Shown piece by piece: positions 61,201-64,000 of a DNA stretch of 64,000 nucleotides. Under the pieces are notes generated by a model, which made no database searches, was not told the DNA's origin, and saw only the letters and a program-made list of their open reading frames with translations. Positions within the stretch are counted from its first letter, which is position 1. The number at the start of each line of letters is the position of its first letter. Source of the DNA: Chrysomallon squamiferum (Eukaryota > Animalia > Mollusca). The position numbers and the translations under genes were made by a program. The DNA lies in assembly GCA_012295275.1 (NCBI GenBank), contig CM022667.1, forward strand, positions 8,680,001 to 8,744,000, in the 5' to 3' direction.

Positions 61201-63654
61201 CCACTGTTGAAAAAGATATGAGGTTATTTCTGTTACCTCTTCTTTGTTGGGGACCTATTTCCAGCCAGTTTCAGTTTAGATATTTTTATCAACAATGGGA
61301 GAACAAGGGTGTAATTAATATTGATTTAGATAATTTTATCAACATTTGAAACTTCTATCTGACCAGGACCTACATTATTTTAATTTCAATATTTATATCA
61401 GCAGATAAAGTTACTGAAAGGCCAGTGACCTATTTGATGCTGTTAATTTAGACATTTTTAATCTACAGCTCAAGAATCTAGAGGACCAGGAAGTACTTGA
61501 TCTTTTTGAGACAAAAATTCGGGACTGGCATCTTCAGAAAGATCCAAATTTCCGTTGGTGTGCACATGTAAGTCTCTGTAAATGTTAGTCTTTTCACTAG
61601 CAATATTATCTTCACTGCCAGTATTAATCTCTTAATGTTAATCTTTTCACTACCAATATTATCTTCACTGCCAGTATTAATCTCTTAATGTTAATCTTTT
61701 CACTACCAATATTATCTTCACTGCCAGTATTAATCTCTTAATGTTAATCTTTTCACTACCAATATTATCTTCACTGCCAGTATTAATCTCTTAATGTATT
61801 CTTTTCACTAGCAATAATGTCTTTACTAGCAGTATTAATGTAAATATTAATCTTTTCACTAGCAATAACATCTTCACCACCAGTATTAATGTAAATATTA
61901 ATCTTTTCACTAGCAATAATATCTTTACTAGCAGTATTAATGTAAATATTAATCTTTTCACTAGCAATAATATCTTCACCACCAGTATTAATGTATATGT
62001 TAATCTTTTCACTAGCAATAATATCTTCACTACCAGTATTCATCTCTTAATGTATTCTTTTCACTAGCAATAATGTCTTTACTAGCAGTATTAATGTAAA
62101 TATTAATCTTTTCACTAGCAATAACATCTTCACCACCAGTATTAATGTAAATATTAATCTTTTCACTAGCAATAATGTCTTTACTAGCAGTATTAATGTA
62201 AATATTAATCTTTTCACTAGCAATAACATCTTCACCACCAGTATTAATGTAAATATTAATCTTTTCACTAGCAATAATATCTTTACTAGCAGTATTAATG
62301 TAACTATTAATCTTTTCACTAGCAATAATATCTTCACCACCAGTATTAATGTATATGTTAATCTTTTCACTACCAATATTATCTTCACTGCCAGTATTAA
62401 TCTCTTAATGTATTCTTTTCACTAGCAATAATGTCTTTACTAGCAGTATTAATGTAAATATTAATCTTTTCACTAGCAATAACATCTTCACCACCAGTAT
62501 TAATGTAAATATTAATCTTTTCACTAGCAATAATATCTTTACTAGCAGTATTAATGTAAATATTAATCTTTTCACTAGCAATATTACAGACTGTTTATTT
62601 CTAAATATGGTTTATATTGTTAATTTTAGTTTATAAAATGTTGTATTATTATTATTATTATTAATATTAATTTATTTTAATTATTATTTAGTGTGGTAAT
62701 GGTTTTGTGTACCAGGGGTGGCAAAATGGGCATGGAAGGCTGGATATGACTTGTCCTCATTGTAGAAAGAAAACTTGTTTTGAATGCAAGAAACAGGTAA
62801 ACAATAAACTAAAATGGTTATTTCTTAAAAGGCAATAATTATGTGTTTTTATGTTATGAAATTTATTTCATGTCTTATTTGTTGGTTTGTTTATTTTATT
62901 TTATTGTATAATTAACTGGTTATATATTTCTTTCTTACGTTCTTTCGTATTTATTTATTTTGTTTGTTTGTTTGTTTATTTGTTTTTTGATATTTGTTTT
63001 ATTAATTTATTTGTTTATTTAATTCTTTTTTCTTTCTTTTGTTCTTTATTCATCTGTTTTATTTATTTATTTATTTACTACTATTACCACTACTACTGCT
63101 GTCATTTATTTATTTCTCAGTGGGTGGATCAACACACTGGACTGACATGTCAGCAGTATGAACAGTGGACAATTGACAATGACCCCAAAAACCAGGCTCT
63201 TGGTCTGGCGAAGCATTTGGAGGAGAGTGGCATTGGTAAAAGAGACAATTTTAATTTGAAATCTTTACTTGTGTTACTTTACTACTGTTCTGGTAGAAGT
63301 ATTTGGTCTGTTTGTAATTTGGACTACACTGACAGTAAACCATCTATATAATTATGAAATATCTTATATAAATTTAAAAAAAAAAAAAAAAAAAGCTAAA
63401 AAATTTGTTTTATTCAGTTTATATTTTTCTATGTGATCTGTAATTAGTTTTATTTGTTTTATAAAGGACGTTTACAAATTGCACTGATAATCGACTCTGT
63501 CAGTGGATAATGTTTATCTGTAATTGTATTTCTAGACTGTCCCAGTTGTAAGATGCGGTACTCTCTGGCTAAAGGTGGCTGCATGCATTTTAAATGTCCT
63601 CAGTGTGCATATGACTTCTGCAGTGGCTGTAACCAACAGTTTAGTAAAACAGCG
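46251..63654 (+). CDS. RNF31: E3 ubiquitin ligase RNF31/HOIP (LUBAC catalytic subunit), 3'-partial; 19 coding exons, 1510 codons in window
   Basis: Exons: 46251-46490, 47132-47284, 48067-48272, 48631-48706, 48986-49106, 49883-50120, 50491-50548, 51264-52722, 53294-53532, 54059-54229, 54895-55089, 55872-56141, 56521-56787, 60328-60552, 60862-61035, 61469-61567, 62692-62796, 63121-63235, 63536-63654; all GT-AG and in phase. Domains: PUB (LSILEKYGRHL..WRYVKFSNSIF..MGYT), B-box (CDVC..CPMC..CANCDEKWHKHPKR), NZF, UBA, LQSWGRA motif, RING1, IBR (DPNFRWCAHC), RING2 with catalytic AKGGCMHFKC. The LDD exons must lie beyond 64000. Confidence 0.95.
49480..49878. repeat. Intronic ~17-20 bp AT-rich minisatellite (TGTTATTATTACACGTAT)
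   Basis: Many adjacent degenerate copies running up to the acceptor of the B-box exon. Confidence 0.85.
50860..51190. repeat. Intronic ~25-29 bp minisatellite (AATCAAGATTAATCTAATTTATTATAGA)
   Basis: Roughly a dozen degenerate adjacent copies. Confidence 0.8.
51510..51671 (+). repeat. Coding 27-bp tandem repeat x6 (QSQYGTxVP) in RNF31 exon 8
   Basis: CAGAGTCAGTATGGTACAACTGTACCT units; 162 bp = 6 x 27. Confidence 0.93.
57125..59939 (-). mobile_element. Sola2-type DNA transposon, internally deleted, in RNF31 intron 13
   Basis: Termini GGGTCATTCCGTGTCAAATCACCC ... GGGTGATTTGACACGGAATGACCC; 4-bp TSD ATCT (57121-57124 and 59940-59943); near-identical inverted arms 57125-57757 and 59316-59939; minus-strand transposase remnants. 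GRG termini, 4-bp TSD and long TIRs fit Sola2. Confidence 0.88.
57737..58545 (-). pseudogene. Decayed N-terminal part of a Sola2 transposase
   Basis: Fragments with stops/frameshifts: EEVELLTL*SGIKTQDIKSI / HEQEFFIKFSTSQKNCCDPLNRH..SLRIVS..LVPGDKLCCDC / LNSILLSLGETPVKLH / EEIIQFYESDENSRMCLGMKDTVSI*NKHGEKVKHQKHLALSNLCELY; no catalytic DDD domain follows. Confidence 0.75.
59998..60295. repeat. 24-bp AT-rich minisatellite (GTGTTTATTAATTTATTTATTTAT)
   Basis: About 11-12 adjacent copies; source of spurious hydrophobic ORFs. Confidence 0.88.
61586..62586. repeat. Intronic 51-53 bp minisatellite, ~19 copies, with higher-order pattern
   Basis: Unit ATCTTTTCACTAGCAATAATATCTTTACTAGCAGTATTAATGTAAATATTA, with alternating variants (CTTTACTAGCAG / CTTCACCACCAG / CTTCACTGCCAG). 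Confidence 0.95.
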
Positions 63655-64000
63655 GTAAGAAACAAGTGATATTAAAACTTGTAGGAACACACTGAGTGAA
63701 ATGTCTAAAACTGAGGTTACACCAAAACAAAATGGAGTCGTATTTTAAATTATGGTATATATATTAAAAAAAATTTAAAAAAATAATAATAATAATAATA
63801 ATCCCATAATCATATTTAAACAAATAAAAATAAAAGTTGACATATTTAAACTGTTTTTTTTTGTGTTTTTTTTAAAAACAAGAAGAAAAAAGAACAGTCA
63901 TATTTAAACTGGTTAAAAAGAAATCACATATTGAAAGTGTTTAAGAAGAGAAATTATCACGTTTACAAAGATTAGTTTTCTTTGTGTGTGTGTAGTTGAG

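Noticed and set aside
61783-62388. 17-aa repeat proteins on the minus strand
   Set aside because: Consequence of a 51-bp unit length in an intronic minisatellite; frames break at the 53-bp units.

Overview
AT-rich, microsatellite-dense animal genomic DNA; gene and repeat content suggests a lophotrochozoan/mollusc-like invertebrate (inference). Supported content, in order: a probable first (5'UTR) exon of a minus-strand gene leaving the window at the left (~835-950); an intron-containing elongator tRNA-Met(CAU) (8921-9011, -) head-to-head with a single-coding-exon HYPK (9155-9538, +); a LINE 3' fragment; a ~21 kb interval without credible long ORFs that holds a ~1 kb-arm inverted duplication and several promoter/first-exon-like islands; a 4-exon, 420-aa membrane-anchored FAD-dependent monooxygenase-like gene (32249-42928, +); and 19 frame-consistent coding exons of RNF31/HOIP (46251 to beyond 64000, +). 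HOIP intron 13 carries a 2.8 kb deleted Sola2-type DNA transposon whose right arm appears to have been re-copied from its left arm. Most entries in the ORF track are microsatellite artefacts. No prokaryotic-type system (CRISPR etc.) is present. All alignments and identities were estimated by eye.
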